Assembly (NCBI GenBank): GCA_964016885.1
Contig: OZ024747.1
Location: 23,870,001-23,934,000 of the forward strand
Length of the DNA stretch: 64,000 nt
From: Eledone cirrhosa
Lineage: Eukaryota
Direction: 5' to 3'
This document shows, in pieces, positions 13,101-24,563 of the stretch. Under the pieces are notes generated by a model. It was not told the DNA's origin. It did not search any database and saw only the letters and a list, made by a program, of their open reading frames with translations. Each line of letters opens with the position of its first letter. Positions within the stretch are counted from its first letter, which is position 1. A program made the position numbers and the translations under genes.

Positions 13101-16100
13101 ATGTAACTGAAAAGAAGAAATACAGAATTATAAATGAAATAAAAATTGAAATTTACAGCTTACATCTATAAAAGTTTAGCTGGCCTCCAACAAGGTTGTA
13201 TCTCATACATTTCTTGGGTAATTTAAAAATAGGGACCTCAGTCTTATGTTACAGCTTATATCTATGTAAGTTTAGCCGGCCTCCTATGAGGTATCTCACA
13301 GGAGATTTCTTAGGAGCTTTAATGATAGAGTCCTCAGTCCTATCATGAAAAAGTAACATGGAATCAAGCATCTTGCTCAAAAACACAACACTCCATCTGA
13401 TCCATGAAACCCACAGTCATATAATAAGACCAACTTCCTAACCATTAGCCTGCATACTCTTACATAATAAATAAGTGATGAATATTAAATATAACTGACT
13501 GACTTAAATAATATTGGATAATGTAGCCCTCCAAAATAAGATGGGATGGTCATAGTTGGACTGTTTGATCAGGACTCACCTGGGGTTAAATAACAACTAG
13601 ACTCAAACAATACTCACAGTGTCCAGTCTTTTACTGACAGGGATCTCTAATATTTTCTGTGATAGGATTTCAACAAGGAATTGTCTTGGATTGGTACACA
13701 CTGATGAATAGAAGAATAGAGTTGGAACATACAGAGAAGATATCATAATGAGACATAAAGAGAGAGGAGGAAAAGGTAGGAGGTAGAGCAGTGGTCTCCA
13801 ACCTTTTGTGTACCATGCCCCATCTCATAAGTCCCCTATCCCCTTGATACGAAAACAGCGATGATCAACTGCAAAGTGTAAACAAATTGGTGTATAGGTG
13901 GGGCCAGATGCACAATAACATGGGGGAGGTGTAGGAGACATGGTAAAAAGCTCCCAGTCCACACTGTAAATGTGGTTAGTGTTAGGAAGGGCATCCAACC
14001 GTAGAAAACCTGCCAGATAGTCCTATATGAGCGAGACACAGTCACCCGACCAATCTTACCTCAAATGGGACAATTCCCGTCTAACCCATGCTAGCGTGGA
14101 AGATAGACATTAAACGATGATGATGATGATGATGATGAGGTGAGACAGGAGTTTCTGACAGTAATGTGCACCAAAGTTGCTTTGGTGTAAAAGTAATAAG
14201 GCAAAACCTAAAGTTTGTTCTCATTTTCAAATTACCCTACATTGGGAATCAGTGGTAGAGAGAAAGGGAGGGGGTGAAGGAAGAATAAGAGAGAGAGAGA
14301 GAGAGAGGTTAGTGTATATATATATATAACTTGAGGTCATTTTGCAAAAACACATTTTGATGCACAAATTTCAGTTTGGTGAAAAACAAATTTCACAAAT
14401 TAAATGTTCTTAAATTAAGTGACGCTTATTTTTGTGCCATTATTGTTACTGATAATTAAATATTATTTCCATTTATTTAACCATTAAATATAAATAAAAA
14501 GAAAATTTCTGATTCATTTAAATGATGTAAATTTAATCAAGCTAATTAAATTTACAAGCTAATATAATTTTTTTTATTCATATAGAATTGTTTCTACTTT
14601 AGGCACAATGCCAACAATTAACCAGTACATTACTGGTACTTTATTTTATCGAACCCGTAAGGATGAAAGGCAAAGTTAACCTCGGCGGGATTTGAACTCA
14701 GACTGTAAAGGGACGTAACTATGCTAGAAAGCATGGCGTCCAATCCTCTACCGATACTGCCAAATAAATAAATGGAAATAATTAATGCTTAGTCATCAGT
14801 GATCGATGCTCTTGTGTGTGTGAGAGAAAGATTGTTTTTGATTGTAGGTGATTAATAAAATAGGAGAATATTGTTTTCTTGAGACACAAGGTGAGGGGAG
14901 AGAGAGAGAGAGAGAATGAATGTATGTATCAAAGTTCATAACAACAGAAAAAATTACACATCTACAACAGCCATTCCCATCATTTTAAGGACAATTTTAC
15001 ACTTACTTTTTTTAGGGAAAGAATTCTCAGCAGCAAAGGGACTAGAAATGACAGTCTCCAAGAGAATCTGATCACCAGTGGTCATGTGTAAGATGTATGG
15101 TGCCAATATAGCTATTATTTCTGTGCAGAGGGAAATATTGGTATAGAGGAGCAAGATTTTCACAGCAGGCACCTGAAGAGATTTCCTACAATATAAACAG
15201 ATAAGGATTTATTCAGTAAACATCGCAGAAGGAAGAAGGGTTTGTGTTCAGTCTTGGATAGAAGCAACATATATCATGATGCATGCGCCATTTTAGAGAG
15301 AAAATGGGATACTTGCATATGAACTTACTACAACAACAATAGTGACCTACCATTCAGATTCAGTGTCTGTCTTGACAAGGAGGTTTTTCACAGCTTCAAT
15401 CAATATTTTACCATCTAATAATTCCCAGAGTTTCTGTAAAACAAAACAAAATCAAGACATCATTAGCATAATCATCACCATACAGTGATGGTTATTCCTC
15501 ACTGACAGTGAAGGTTATTGCATCACTGACACACTGATGGTTACAGCCTCACTGACACATTGATGGATACAAATTGCTCTACTTACATGATCCAATTCCA
15601 GCACTGACTGTACCACCCCAGGGACATCATCTTTAAGACGCAGTAACAAGGCTTCTTCATAGAAACTGGCATCATCAACCTGAGAGAAGGGAGAAAACAT
15701 TGGATGATCAAAAACAGCAGCAATTAATAAATTATTTAATTTACTAATTAAAGTAAATAATTAATTTCATCTGAACAGTAGAACCTTAACCCCTTTGGTA
15801 CCAAGTTCCATGAAACCGTCTTGGTTATATGATACAATACTGATCATTTTAAAATGTTCATATTTCAATTAAAACCTACCATAATTTTACTTAAGAAATT
15901 ATTTTATTAAATTCCCCCAGATTTATTATTATTTTCAAAATTAATTGAAACCCACAGGCTGTGTATTTCATTAGAAATATAGTAACAAAAGGGTTATCAT
16001 GCAGTTAACAGTCAAACACCTTAATATCCAAAGCCTAAAATCAAATATTTATATAGATATATAATTTATTTCAGTTGAAAAGATTTACCAGTGACTTAAC

Positions 16101-19100
16101 CCTTTAGCATTTAAATCAGCCGTATCCGGCCAGAATTCTCTCACCTCTTTCTGTTCAAACTGGCTGTAACTGGCCACTCATACTGATGTTAAGGTATTGT
16201 TCTCAAAATAACTAATATCAAAATCTCAGAGATTCGATATTATGTGAGATAAAGTCTTTACCACAAAAATACAATATTTATATAGAATAATGTAAATGCT
16301 AAATGGTTAAGAAGTGTATTAAGTACAACATTCCTGGCTTTCAAGTCACTGGTTTAGTGTTATATAAGCACTGTGACATTTCAAGGAAACATGTTGAGAA
16401 ACTCGAGGTGTTTGGCAGTCAAGTGGAGACAAGGATGGAAAGGGCTCTTTAGTTTGGCCTAGCATGTGACCTCTCTAGTGCTACAATAAATTCACCCAGT
16501 ATACTCTTAAGTTGTAGTGCTAGTACCACAAAACATGCATCCAGTACACACTGTCAGGTTGTTGGCATTAGGAAAGGTACCCGTAAAAACCACGTCAAAT
16601 ATGGAATGCATCAAGCAAGATGAAGTTGCTCCAACCTGCCTGGTCTCAGACCCAGACAACCAATCCAACTCATTCTAGCATGCAAAACAGACATATAATG
16701 ATGATGATGACGTCACTCTACACATCTAATGAGTCTTATTTCTCTCATCTGCAGTCAAACCTAAATATAAATATATATATATTTACCACGTTGAATTTTT
16801 CATCCTTGAGGAAGGAGATAGCTTGTTTCCTGAACTCTGCTGAAGGATGGTACAAACTGGTTGTAAGACTTGCTCCAACTCCAGGTAACAGTTTATGTTG
16901 AGCAGACTCCAAGGAATAATTAAGAAGATTGAAGATCACCTTGTTGGACTTAGAGGTCTTGTGACTCTCCAAGTAAGTCTGCACCGCTTCATCCAATGCC
17001 ACTGCATGTCTGAGATAGCAAAATGTGAAACTGTTAAGATACTTATACAGTACATAAACAAACACACTAAAATTTAAAAAAGGGTTAAGAGCCAACAGAA
17101 TATTCTTATTCATTAAAGAATAAAATATGTTGAAAATAAAATAAACAAATGTACTTTGGTGCACCCTGCCATTTCACCTTACACTGATGCAGTTGGAGAA
17201 AGAAATGTCATACCTTGCTTCCAGTACCCGCATAATCTCACAAACATTTTCCTGGAATTGCTCCCTGTGATGGTGTTTGATTTCAACTGCATGTTCCACA
17301 TACACCTTAATAACACACCTGTAAAGGTAAACAGTAATTTAACCCAAACATTACCAACTTTATGTTCCACATACACCTTAACAAAATACCTGTAAAGGTA
17401 AAAAAAACAATAATTTAACCCAGTCATTACAATATTTCTTATGAAAGCCAATGACTATGATTTTCAATTAATTTTGAAGGATTTATTAAAACCATTTCAT
17501 TATTAAGCTGGTGCTATACATACAAAATATACTCTAAAGTTTAACTCGAAATGTGTCAATGTATGTCAAGATAACTTATACACACATATATATACATATC
17601 CACAAGGCAACTTTAATACACACACATACACATAGATTGAATGTATATACTCACAAAGCCACATCGCCAGATGTTGACATATCCATAGGAATATGACGTA
17701 GAATATTGACCAGAACACTCTTGAAAGGTGTATTTGGTAAAGAAATGCTTCCATCAGAACTTTCTGCGGAACTACTTAGTTTTAAGCAGTTAGATAAGGC
17801 TTTAGGTACCAAGGTCTGGAAAAAGGCCTTGAGGAACATATCAAGTTTGTAATCTTTGCCAATTTTCTCAAGTACTGGCACCAGTTGCTGGTAATTTACC
17901 AAATATCTGCAAACTCTGAAAACAAAAACAACATCTATGTTATTATATAAACTAGTGGACCACTGCTGGCAATACTGACATCATGGATCAACATATATAT
18001 ATAATTAGAAAGTGAACAACACAATATATAACTATTCCATTACCAAAGGTTTCAGGACCCTAGACAATATTAACACACGTGTAGTTTGCTCATCAGACAG
18101 AGGTTACCTATATATATATATGTAAAAATCCCACCCAAATTTACAGTTCTGTCTGAGTAAAGTACGGTGCAGCCAGCTGGCCAGACTTGCCTCATGACAT
18201 GAGCGAGCTGTCTAACCCATTTATTATAAAGAGAAGTAGTATAAATTGGATGGCATTTCACAGAAAAATAACATTTGTAAAATACAAAAATTCTAGAAAG
18301 ACACAAATTAAATTTTATAAATTCCTTTTTATTAAAAGTTAAAGACACCATGCTTTGTTGTTGCATATTGATGGCTACAGTAATCATCAACATCATCATT
18401 TAACGTCCATCTTCCATGCTAGCATGGGTTAGATGGGTTTGTCCCATTTGAGGCAAGTTTGGTCAGGTGACCATGTCTTGCTCATATAGGACCATTTCTG
18501 ACTGGTTTTCTACGGCTGGATGCCCTTCCTAACGCCAACCACATTTACAGTGTGCTGGGTGCTTTTTGTCGTGGCACCTACACAACCACTTTACAGTGTG
18601 ATACTAGATATCTCTTTCTCCTGTACATATTAGGTAGATGAATCAATAAAAATTCAACATTTTCAAAAATCTGGTCTTCCAAACTACTTGAATTCTTTCC
18701 ATGGTTGAAACAGGACAATGATGAATGTCATTGAATTCTTTCACAAGTTGACAAAGTGCCAAGAAATACAAAAACCACATATGTATCTGAGAAGGTACTC
18801 ATGAAAAGAATTATGGCTGGAGATCACACATGTCTAAATGGCTTGAATACAAACGAAACTCCAGCGAACATTTTGATTTCAATTAATTCTAAATACACAA
18901 ACTAAGTTTGAAATGAAAGGAAGGAAATCGTTACCGTTTCTTTAATCTTGTCAGATTTTGAGTTTGGAATAAAATTACCAGACAACTGAGGGCATCTTCA
19001 AATATAGCCTTTGCCTTCATTGTAAACTGGAGAATGACAAAGAACAGAACATTTTAGAAAAGAACTAAAAAGAAAAAACAACAGAACAATGTCTTTTTCT

Positions 19101-22100
19101 CTTTCCACACAAATATCTGTCTTTCTCTCTTGTCACACAAATGTCAGTCTCTCTCTCTATCTACACAAATTTCTGTGTCTTTCTCTCTATATATCAATGT
19201 CTATCTTTTTCTCTTTCTTCACAGTAATATTTATCTGTCCCTCCACACAAATGCCTGTATGTCTCACTCTCTCATCATACAGTCTGTCTATCTTCTTCAT
19301 ATATCCAATACCCTTATGACTGTTAATTCACTACCAATGGACAATGTAGTGGTGAGAGGACATGAAGACAAAGAAGTAACTAAGAGTGTCAACTTACTTT
19401 AACAATCGTGTGAATCAAGGATTCCAAGACACGTTGGGTCAGTTTAGATCGGACAAATATTATGGCCAGGATCATTAAAGAACCAGCCTTGTAATCAGTG
19501 AAACCAGAACATAATCCTTCTTCAAGGAATGGTACAACTTGACCAATAATGGTTTCAGATATCTCCTTCTGGTCAAGGACTCCACAAACCACTTGGGTGT
19601 AAAATGCAAATATATGACGGAGCTGAGCTTCTGAAGATGGTGTGCTAGAAAATTCCTGTGGAGATGAATCATAGAAAAGATCAGTTGTGAAAATAATACT
19701 ATAACACTTGCGATTCCAAACTACCTGAAACCATTCCTAGTTCAATGATGCAAATTTTTATTTTAATGTATCATCATCTAACGTCCACTTTCCCTGCTAG
19801 CCAGGGTTTCCATCATAATATTATGTAAGAACATTTGTTATGCTCCAAACACCAGCTTAATAATGAGAACTAATCCCTTCAAATTCTTGATTATTTTGAT
19901 AATCACAGGCAGTGTCTTTCATTAGAAAAATGATAATGAAAAGGAGAACCCTTTGCAAACGATATTTCTGAAGAAATACACTGCTATGTTTCCATTGATT
20001 TTGAAAATAATAAAAAATAACTTTTATATTCATTTCTAGGGTAAACAAACATGATAATGAAAAGCTTAATTTAGATATAATCGTGTATCTCCAGATTAAG
20101 TACATCGCATACCTGTGTGTTGTAAAATAGTACTAAAAGGGTTGGTGTCAGGAAGGACCCCTGGCTATAAAAGTGTCTTAGAATATCCTGTTCAACTCAT
20201 GCCAGCATGGAAAAGTCAACATGGTGATGATGATAATAATGAAAAACACTTTAAAACATGAGGTTTTATATCATAGAACTAGGGACAGTCTCAAGTGGGT
20301 TGGTATCAAAAGGGTTAAACTACTAATTTAGATGAAAGACAAATATAATAGCAGCAGCAATGGAGGTGATACTGTACCTGAACATAATCAGACACCATAT
20401 TCTGTATAAAAGATAAAAAACTGACATCAGAAAGGCAATGGTTGATCACAGTTTGACGGGAGAGATGGATACCATTTTTCTGAAAAGTAAAATTGAATAA
20501 ATTATTAAAGGTAAATTATATTTTATTTAATAAATTCTGTAGCTCAGAAATAAAGAGCATTGGCTAAACATCTATAGATATATTCCATAGTCCATACAAT
20601 ATATAGTTTTGAAACAAAACACTTAATGATATTGTATATATAGATAAGGTGTTCACATGTCTCTATACATAGTATTGACTGATATCTATAAATATATTCT
20701 ATAGTACAGTATTGTAAATTTATAAGCTATTTAAAAAATAAAAAATAAATTACTGAATCGAAGTGATATTTTCGTAGCTGAGTTCCAATAATACCAGACT
20801 GCTTGAAACTACTCATGGTTCTATAATACTAAACTGCTTATTTTTCAGTGTTTATATTTGTCTAAAAACCTTCTCTCATAATTTTATTTAAGAACTTTTA
20901 AGTTATGTTCCAAACACCAGATAAAGAATGAGAAAGTTATTTTATTCAATCTTTCTGAATTCTTGATAATTTTCAAAATTAATTGAATATCATAAACAGT
21001 GTATTTCATAAGAAATATAGTCACAAAAAGTTTAAAATAAAAGTCTTTACCTGTACACTTGACAACCAACCCCATTTCTTATCATTTTTAGACAAACTAA
21101 AGAGCCGCACAATTTGGACAAACAGCTTATCTTCATGGTAAGGTAGGACACACAAGAGCAGCTCATCAACATTATAGTAGTTGATGTTGAACCTGAAATC
21201 AACCAAATGGAATGGAATTGTATGTTAGATAATGTTATCACAGAGAAAGTTTGATATTAACTCATAACAGTCTCTACCACACTCACACATATAACTGGCT
21301 TCTGTAGTTTCTGTCTACCAAATATTTACTCACAGGGAATTGGTCACCTCAAGGCTATAGTAGAAGACTGTTACCCAAGGAGCCACATCAACAGAAACAA
21401 GATTCAAAGATTGAGAGCTATTTACCGTTGTATAAGCCATTCGAGAGCTTTGTGTGCAGGTTTTAACAGGAAATATGGAGACAAACGAAGTAGGAATCGT
21501 TTTAGAATGATATTCAGCTTCTCATTAATTTCAGTGCTCTGTACTGATCTATTGAACAGAATTGAGGTTTCAGAAAATAATTCCAGTTCAAATTTGGAAA
21601 ATTCCTTATCAAAATGTTCCAGTTCCTGTAGACCATTGATACCTGGGAGAAGAAAGAAGAAAAAAAAAATATAGATTTAAGAGGGGGTTGTAGTTTGCTT
21701 GAAGCATTGTGTAAAGTGTAGAAAATAGTTTGTTATATTTGAATGTTACCACAATATGAAGAGCAACAAAAAAATATACAGCTCTGAATTAGTTTCTTCA
21801 ATTTATCCCAACATATCTTATAAGCTATTGGAGGCACATGGCTTAGTGGTTAGAGCATTGGCCTTGCAATCGAAAGGTTGTGAGTTCATTTCTCGGACCG
21901 GGTGATGTGTTGTTTCCTTGAGCAAGACACTTTATTTCACATTGCTCCAGTTTACTCAGCTGTAGAAATGAGATGATAGAGACTGGTGTCCATATCATTC
22001 CACTGCAAAGTGGTCGTGGAGGTGCCACAGCAAAAAAGCACCCAGCACTCACTGTAAATGAGGTTGGTGTTAGGAAGGGCATCCAGCTGTAGAAATCAAG

Positions 22101-23293
22101 CCAGAATCAGTTCCCGTCCCACCCTTGCAAGCAGGGAAAAGCGGACGTAAAATGAAATGATGATGATGATGATATCATATTTTTAACACTTACCATCTAA
22201 TTCACATAACCATCTAATTCAAATAAAACATCAATTTCAGATTTAACTTTTCACTAGACATCAAATGAAATTTACAGCTCACACCTATATAGGTTTAGCT
22301 GGCTTCCTATGTAGTTGAACCATATAGGACGTTTCTTGAGTGCTTTAATGAGAGGAATTTGAGTTCTAATGTGAAATGAAGTGTTTTGCTCAAGAACACA
22401 TGCCACCTAGTCAAGGAATCGAATACACGAAATGCAACAAAATGGTTTGTACAAAAATATGTTCCACTCACTCTTGGTTTTAAAGGGTTTATCATAATCA
22501 TCATTTTCTATGTTGGCATGGAGTAAATGGCTTGTCACACTTTAAGACTGAATAGGTTGGAGAACTATGCCATGCTCATACATTCCATTTTAGCATAGTT
22601 TCTATGGCTGGATGCCCCTCTTAATGCCAGCCACTTTACAAACTATGGGTGCATTTTATCAAGGCATCAGCATTACCATTTAGTCTTAAAGTCTGAATGT
22701 ATGCAACAGAATAAACTCTGTTAACAGCACCCAAGAGCCATGTGGTGGTGTTAAATTGAATGACAGATTAAGTCTAGCACTCAAGGACCTGGTGGTGGTG
22801 TTAAGCTAGGTGACAGAATATTTCTGCTACTCAAGTAGGCCAGTTTTATTTGAATTTGGAACACAAAGAACCAGAATAAATACTGCAAGGCATTTTGTCT
22901 GACACTAACAATTCTGCTAATCCACTGTCCCAGACGAGTACTTTATTTTATTGGCCCTGAAAGGACAAAAGACAAAGTTTACTGTGACAAGATCTGAACT
23001 TCAAACACAAAGAGCAGGAACAATTACTACAAGATTCTCTAACAACTCAGCCAATTCATCACCAATATCTTCCAGCCATAAAGCACAGAAGTTGAACTCA
23101 GAACTCAGGTGTTACAATAAGGCAATAAGGACAAGATTATTGATTTACCAATTTCATAAAAAGTCTGTCTGTCTAATCGGGCTGCTTCATCTCTGTCAAA
23201 TAATAAAGATGCTCTTTTCTTCTTTTCCTGAAGTTGAATAATTTTAGTCTGAGGAATCCGGAGTTTCTCCAACTGGCGTTGTAACGATGTCAT
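1446..23293 (-). CDS. HEATR1: HEAT repeat-containing protein 1 / UTP10 (SSU processome t-UTP); span of 24 coding exons, 3' part outside window
   Basis: N-terminus MTSLQRQLEKLRIPQ...RASLLFD, plus LSPYFLLKPAHKALEWLIQRF, LLLCVLPYHE and WQRVIVVLEILQNKKKL, all typical of UTP10/HEATR1. Exons join in frame over about 1239 codons. Confidence 0.95.
1828..2917 (+). mobile_element. Internally deleted piggyBac transposon
   Basis: TTAA TSDs at 1824-1827 and 2918-2921; CCCTTTAG...CTAAAGGG TIRs; ORF 2090-2587 with acidic N-terminus and PGBD-like EEINRYAQQ...W.PTD..EM, broken by a stop. Confidence 0.9.
3402..3545 (-). CDS. HEATR1: HEATR1 coding exon 23
   Basis: ...LPWQRVIVVLEILQNKKKLREPEVLLPICFKLLS; conserved block. 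Confidence 0.93.
3727..4060 (-). mobile_element. tRNA-derived SINE with RTE-type tail
   Basis: A box TGGCTTAGTGG, B box GAGTTCAATTC, RTE 3' tail and (GAT)n. Confidence 0.88.
4158..4252 (-). CDS. HEATR1: HEATR1 coding exon 22
   Basis: FSIKSSHLLRELDIFDSQPVYNTVWENKRLQ; GTAAGT donor. Confidence 0.82.
4748..4879 (-). CDS. HEATR1: HEATR1 coding exon 21
   Basis: INKNFYLSLPNEESQQQLMTHLFTALV...LLKH; GTAAGT donor. Confidence 0.88.
5045..5679. mobile_element. Cluster of piggyBac MITE copies (about 5045-5185, 5292-5490, 5495-5679)
   Basis: Same TIR and internal sequence as 1093-1313. Confidence 0.8.
5765..6004 (-). CDS. HEATR1: HEATR1 coding exon 20
   Basis: ELMFQLMPLLSRLL...LLLLRYS...QEFAIKL; GTAAGG donor. 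Confidence 0.88.
6659..7545 (+). mobile_element. Deleted Tc1/mariner-superfamily element (maT/DD37D-like)
   Basis: TA TSDs; 27-bp perfect TIR CAGGGTGTGGACGATATTTGTTCGCAA; remnant YVWQQDSAPCH...WPPSSPDCNP..DFFVWG. Confidence 0.9.
7549..7901. repeat. Inverted repeat with about 145-bp arms
   Basis: 7549-7694 versus 7751-7901; related to the repeat at 60134-60300. Confidence 0.85.
8271..8666. repeat. 36-bp minisatellite, about 11 copies
   Basis: Unit CCACAACACATGACCCAGCCATCTCATTCCAACATA. Confidence 0.95.
8667..8846 (-). CDS. HEATR1: HEATR1 coding exon 19
   Basis: VIGQVMKY...TPFYIVRSMLEAFKEYNNM; GTATGT donor. Confidence 0.87.
8963..8998 (+). ncRNA. Minimal type I hammerhead-ribozyme-like motif
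   Basis: TCTT CTGATGA AGG-loop-CCT GAA ACGT T AAGA. Confidence 0.55.
9437..9615 (-). CDS. HEATR1: HEATR1 coding exon 18
   Basis: VMVSMIAALSSKKAMIRKAAASC...EDLPR; HEAT-like; GTAAGT donor. Confidence 0.87.
9975..10440 (+). mobile_element. Degenerate RTE RT fragment
   Basis: GPSEIVAEMLK...SNYRGITL...DEMQFGF. Confidence 0.85.
10483..10663 (-). CDS. HEATR1: HEATR1 coding exon 17
   Basis: ELVKHDVFDKFLCFLWT...WMLSPVP; donor GTCAGT. Confidence 0.83.
10861..11246 (+). mobile_element. tRNA-derived SINE with RTE-type tail
   Basis: Same family as 3727-4060. Confidence 0.88.
11797..11948 (-). CDS. HEATR1: HEATR1 coding exon 16
   Basis: GTIFWEYRNNNSAHDTCIQLIIQLFGLLV...; GTAAGT donor. Confidence 0.85.
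12273..12426 (-). CDS. HEATR1: HEATR1 coding exon 15
   Basis: KQITGSKPFHEG...VDSLTK; donor AG|GTAATT chosen because the next exon needs phase 1. Confidence 0.8.
12936..13106 (-). CDS. HEATR1: HEATR1 coding exon 14
   Basis: LHVCLHSLPSQ...IIKEILTK; phase 0-0. Confidence 0.82.
13618..13700 (-). CDS. HEATR1: HEATR1 coding exon 13
   Basis: CTNPRQFLVEILSQKILEIPVSKRLDT; GTGAGT donor; restores phase. Confidence 0.82.
15007..15185 (-). CDS. HEATR1: HEATR1 coding exon 12
   Basis: WKSLQVPAVKILL...LAPYIL...; phase requires the TAG acceptor at 15186-15187. Confidence 0.83.
15351..15433 (-). CDS. HEATR1: HEATR1 coding exon 11
   Basis: KLWELLDGKILIEAVKNLLVKTDTESE; AG/GTAGGT. Confidence 0.85.
15587..15679 (-). 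CDS. HEATR1: HEATR1 coding exon 10
   Basis: VDDASFYEEALLLRLKDDVPGVVQSVLELDH; GTAAGT donor. Confidence 0.9.
15790..15993. mobile_element. Second AT-rich MITE family (fragments also near 9790, 19720, 20800, 43670, 47490, 52000, 53460)
   Basis: TTAA-CCC...GGG-TTA ends; recurring TTGTTACTATATTTCTAATGAAA...GATTTTCAATTAATTTTGAAAATAAT. Confidence 0.6.
16100..16306 (+). mobile_element. piggyBac-type MITE
   Basis: TTAA CCCTTTAGCATTTA ... TAAATGCTAAATGG TTAA. Confidence 0.88.
16787..17009 (-). CDS. HEATR1: HEATR1 coding exon 9
   Basis: HAVALDEAVQTYL...SLTTSLYHPSAEFRKQAISFL. Confidence 0.9.
17214..17318 (-). CDS. HEATR1: HEATR1 coding exon 8
   Basis: CVIKVYVEHAVEIKHHHREQFQENVCEIMRVLEA; symmetric phase-2 exon. 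Confidence 0.82.
17655..17915 (-). CDS. HEATR1: HEATR1 coding exon 7
   Basis: VCRYLVNYQQLVPVLEKIGKDYKL...; GTGAGT donor. Confidence 0.88.
18935..19026 (-). CDS. HEATR1: HEATR1 coding exon 6
   Basis: FTMKAKAIFEDALSCLVILFQTQNLTRLKK; phase-consistent. Confidence 0.88.
19398..19655 (-). CDS. HEATR1: HEATR1 coding exon 5
   Basis: EFSSTPS...IFAFYTQVVCGVL...DYKAGSLMILA...IVK; GTAAGT donor. Confidence 0.92.
20378..20479 (-). CDS. HEATR1: HEATR1 coding exon 4
   Basis: KNGIHLSRQTVINHCLSDVSFLSFIQNMVSDYVQ; AG/GT. Confidence 0.9.
21051..21192 (-). CDS. HEATR1: HEATR1 coding exon 3
   Basis: FNINYYNVDELLLCVLPYHEDKLFVQIVRL...WGWLSSVQ. Confidence 0.93.
21426..21642 (-). CDS. HEATR1: HEATR1 coding exon 2
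   Basis: GINGLQELE...LSPYFLLKPAHKALEWLIQR; AG/GT boundaries, phase-consistent. Confidence 0.93.
21830..22173 (+). mobile_element. tRNA-derived SINE with RTE-type tail
   Basis: Same family, full length. Confidence 0.88.
23149..23293 (-). CDS. HEATR1: HEATR1 coding exon 1
   Basis: ATG at 23293; MTSLQRQLEKL...TFYEI; donor GTAAAT. An acceptor just upstream (23301-23302) implies a 5' UTR exon. Confidence 0.93.
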
Positions 23294-23804
23294 GATTTTT
23301 CTAAAACAGGACAAACAAAACAAAACAAAAAAATAATAAATCAGTTTTACCACAGGTGTCCAAAGTTCGATTCCGCACACGATGACCAAGCCTTAGTCAT
23401 AGCCCACTAAATGAAAGACCAGTAGAGGGCGACATGTATATTCTATATCACATATATCTATTTGAAAAGGTCTGAGGGCCAGAGGACCTTCAAATGGGCA
23501 ACATATATATCATGTAATATCTTACATATAAACATTTGAAAAGGTCTGAGGCCCACGTGTATATTATATCATCTTACATATAAAATGTCCGAAGCTCACA
23601 GAAGACACCCAAATGGCTCATATGTATATTGTATCATATAATTGTTTCTACTTTTTGGCACAAGGCCAGCAATTATCCCAGTGTATTACTGGTACTTTAT
23701 ATAATGTTATATTTGAAAAGATCCGAAACCCACATGTTTGAGGCCCACACGTAAATATATACCTTACATTTAAACATTGTAACGGCCCAAGGACCACATA
23801 TCTA

Positions 23805-24250
23805 TTATCTTCGTCGCTCACTTATTCCTGAGAGGGTCGTGGAGACAGAGTCCTCAAGCACTCCGTCCAACGGGTCCTGTCAGAAGCAACCGTCTCCAAT
23901 TGATCCGGCTCGATCACCAAGAGACCAGCCAAGCTCATGGATGTTATCCAACCATCTTGTTATGGGTCTACCCCTGGGTCTCCTGCTGGTTGGTTTTGCC
24001 TGTAAAATCTGTCCAGCGATTCAGTCCTGAGACATTCTGAACACATGTCTATAGTATCGGAGCTGTGATCTCTCAATTCGGAGAAGTAGCGGTTCTACCT
24101 GGAGTGACTCTTTGATCTCCGAGCTTCGCACTTTATCGAGTAACGTTACTCCAAGGACACTTCGGAGGAACCCAATTTCGGCCGCTTGTATTCGCGATCG
24201 TATTCTTTTGGTCATTACTTAAGATCGATGACCATAGATATGGGTTAGCA
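23805..24250 (-). mobile_element. RTE-like LINE 3' fragment (different family)
   Basis: RIQAAEIGFLRSVLGVTLLDKVRSSEI...IERSQLRYY. Confidence 0.8.
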
Positions 24251-24563
24251 CGAATACCGAATTTATATTTTAGATTTCAAAAGTTCGAGGCCCACAAATA
24301 TCTTATTAGTAGAATTTTTAACGAATAAATACGACAGCTGTCAATGTAAAAAGAATCTACTATCGAAGCGAATGAAATACGATGTCAACTGTTCCGAAAG
24401 CTGGTTTATTACTAACACAAAACTTGTGAAACAAACATCCCCCAAAACCCATTATTTGGTAACACAGGCACGGTTCCAGCGGACAGAATGGCGATTTCGT
24501 TACCCCGCAGGAGAGCGAGAGTAATTCTACTGAAATTACAAGAATATTTGTAAAAATACTTAC

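Noticed and set aside
1553-23148. Intronic box C/D snoRNAs in HEATR1
   Set aside because: The TGATGA words I saw belong to (GAT)n retroelement tails; no box C-box D pair with a terminal stem could be supported by eye.
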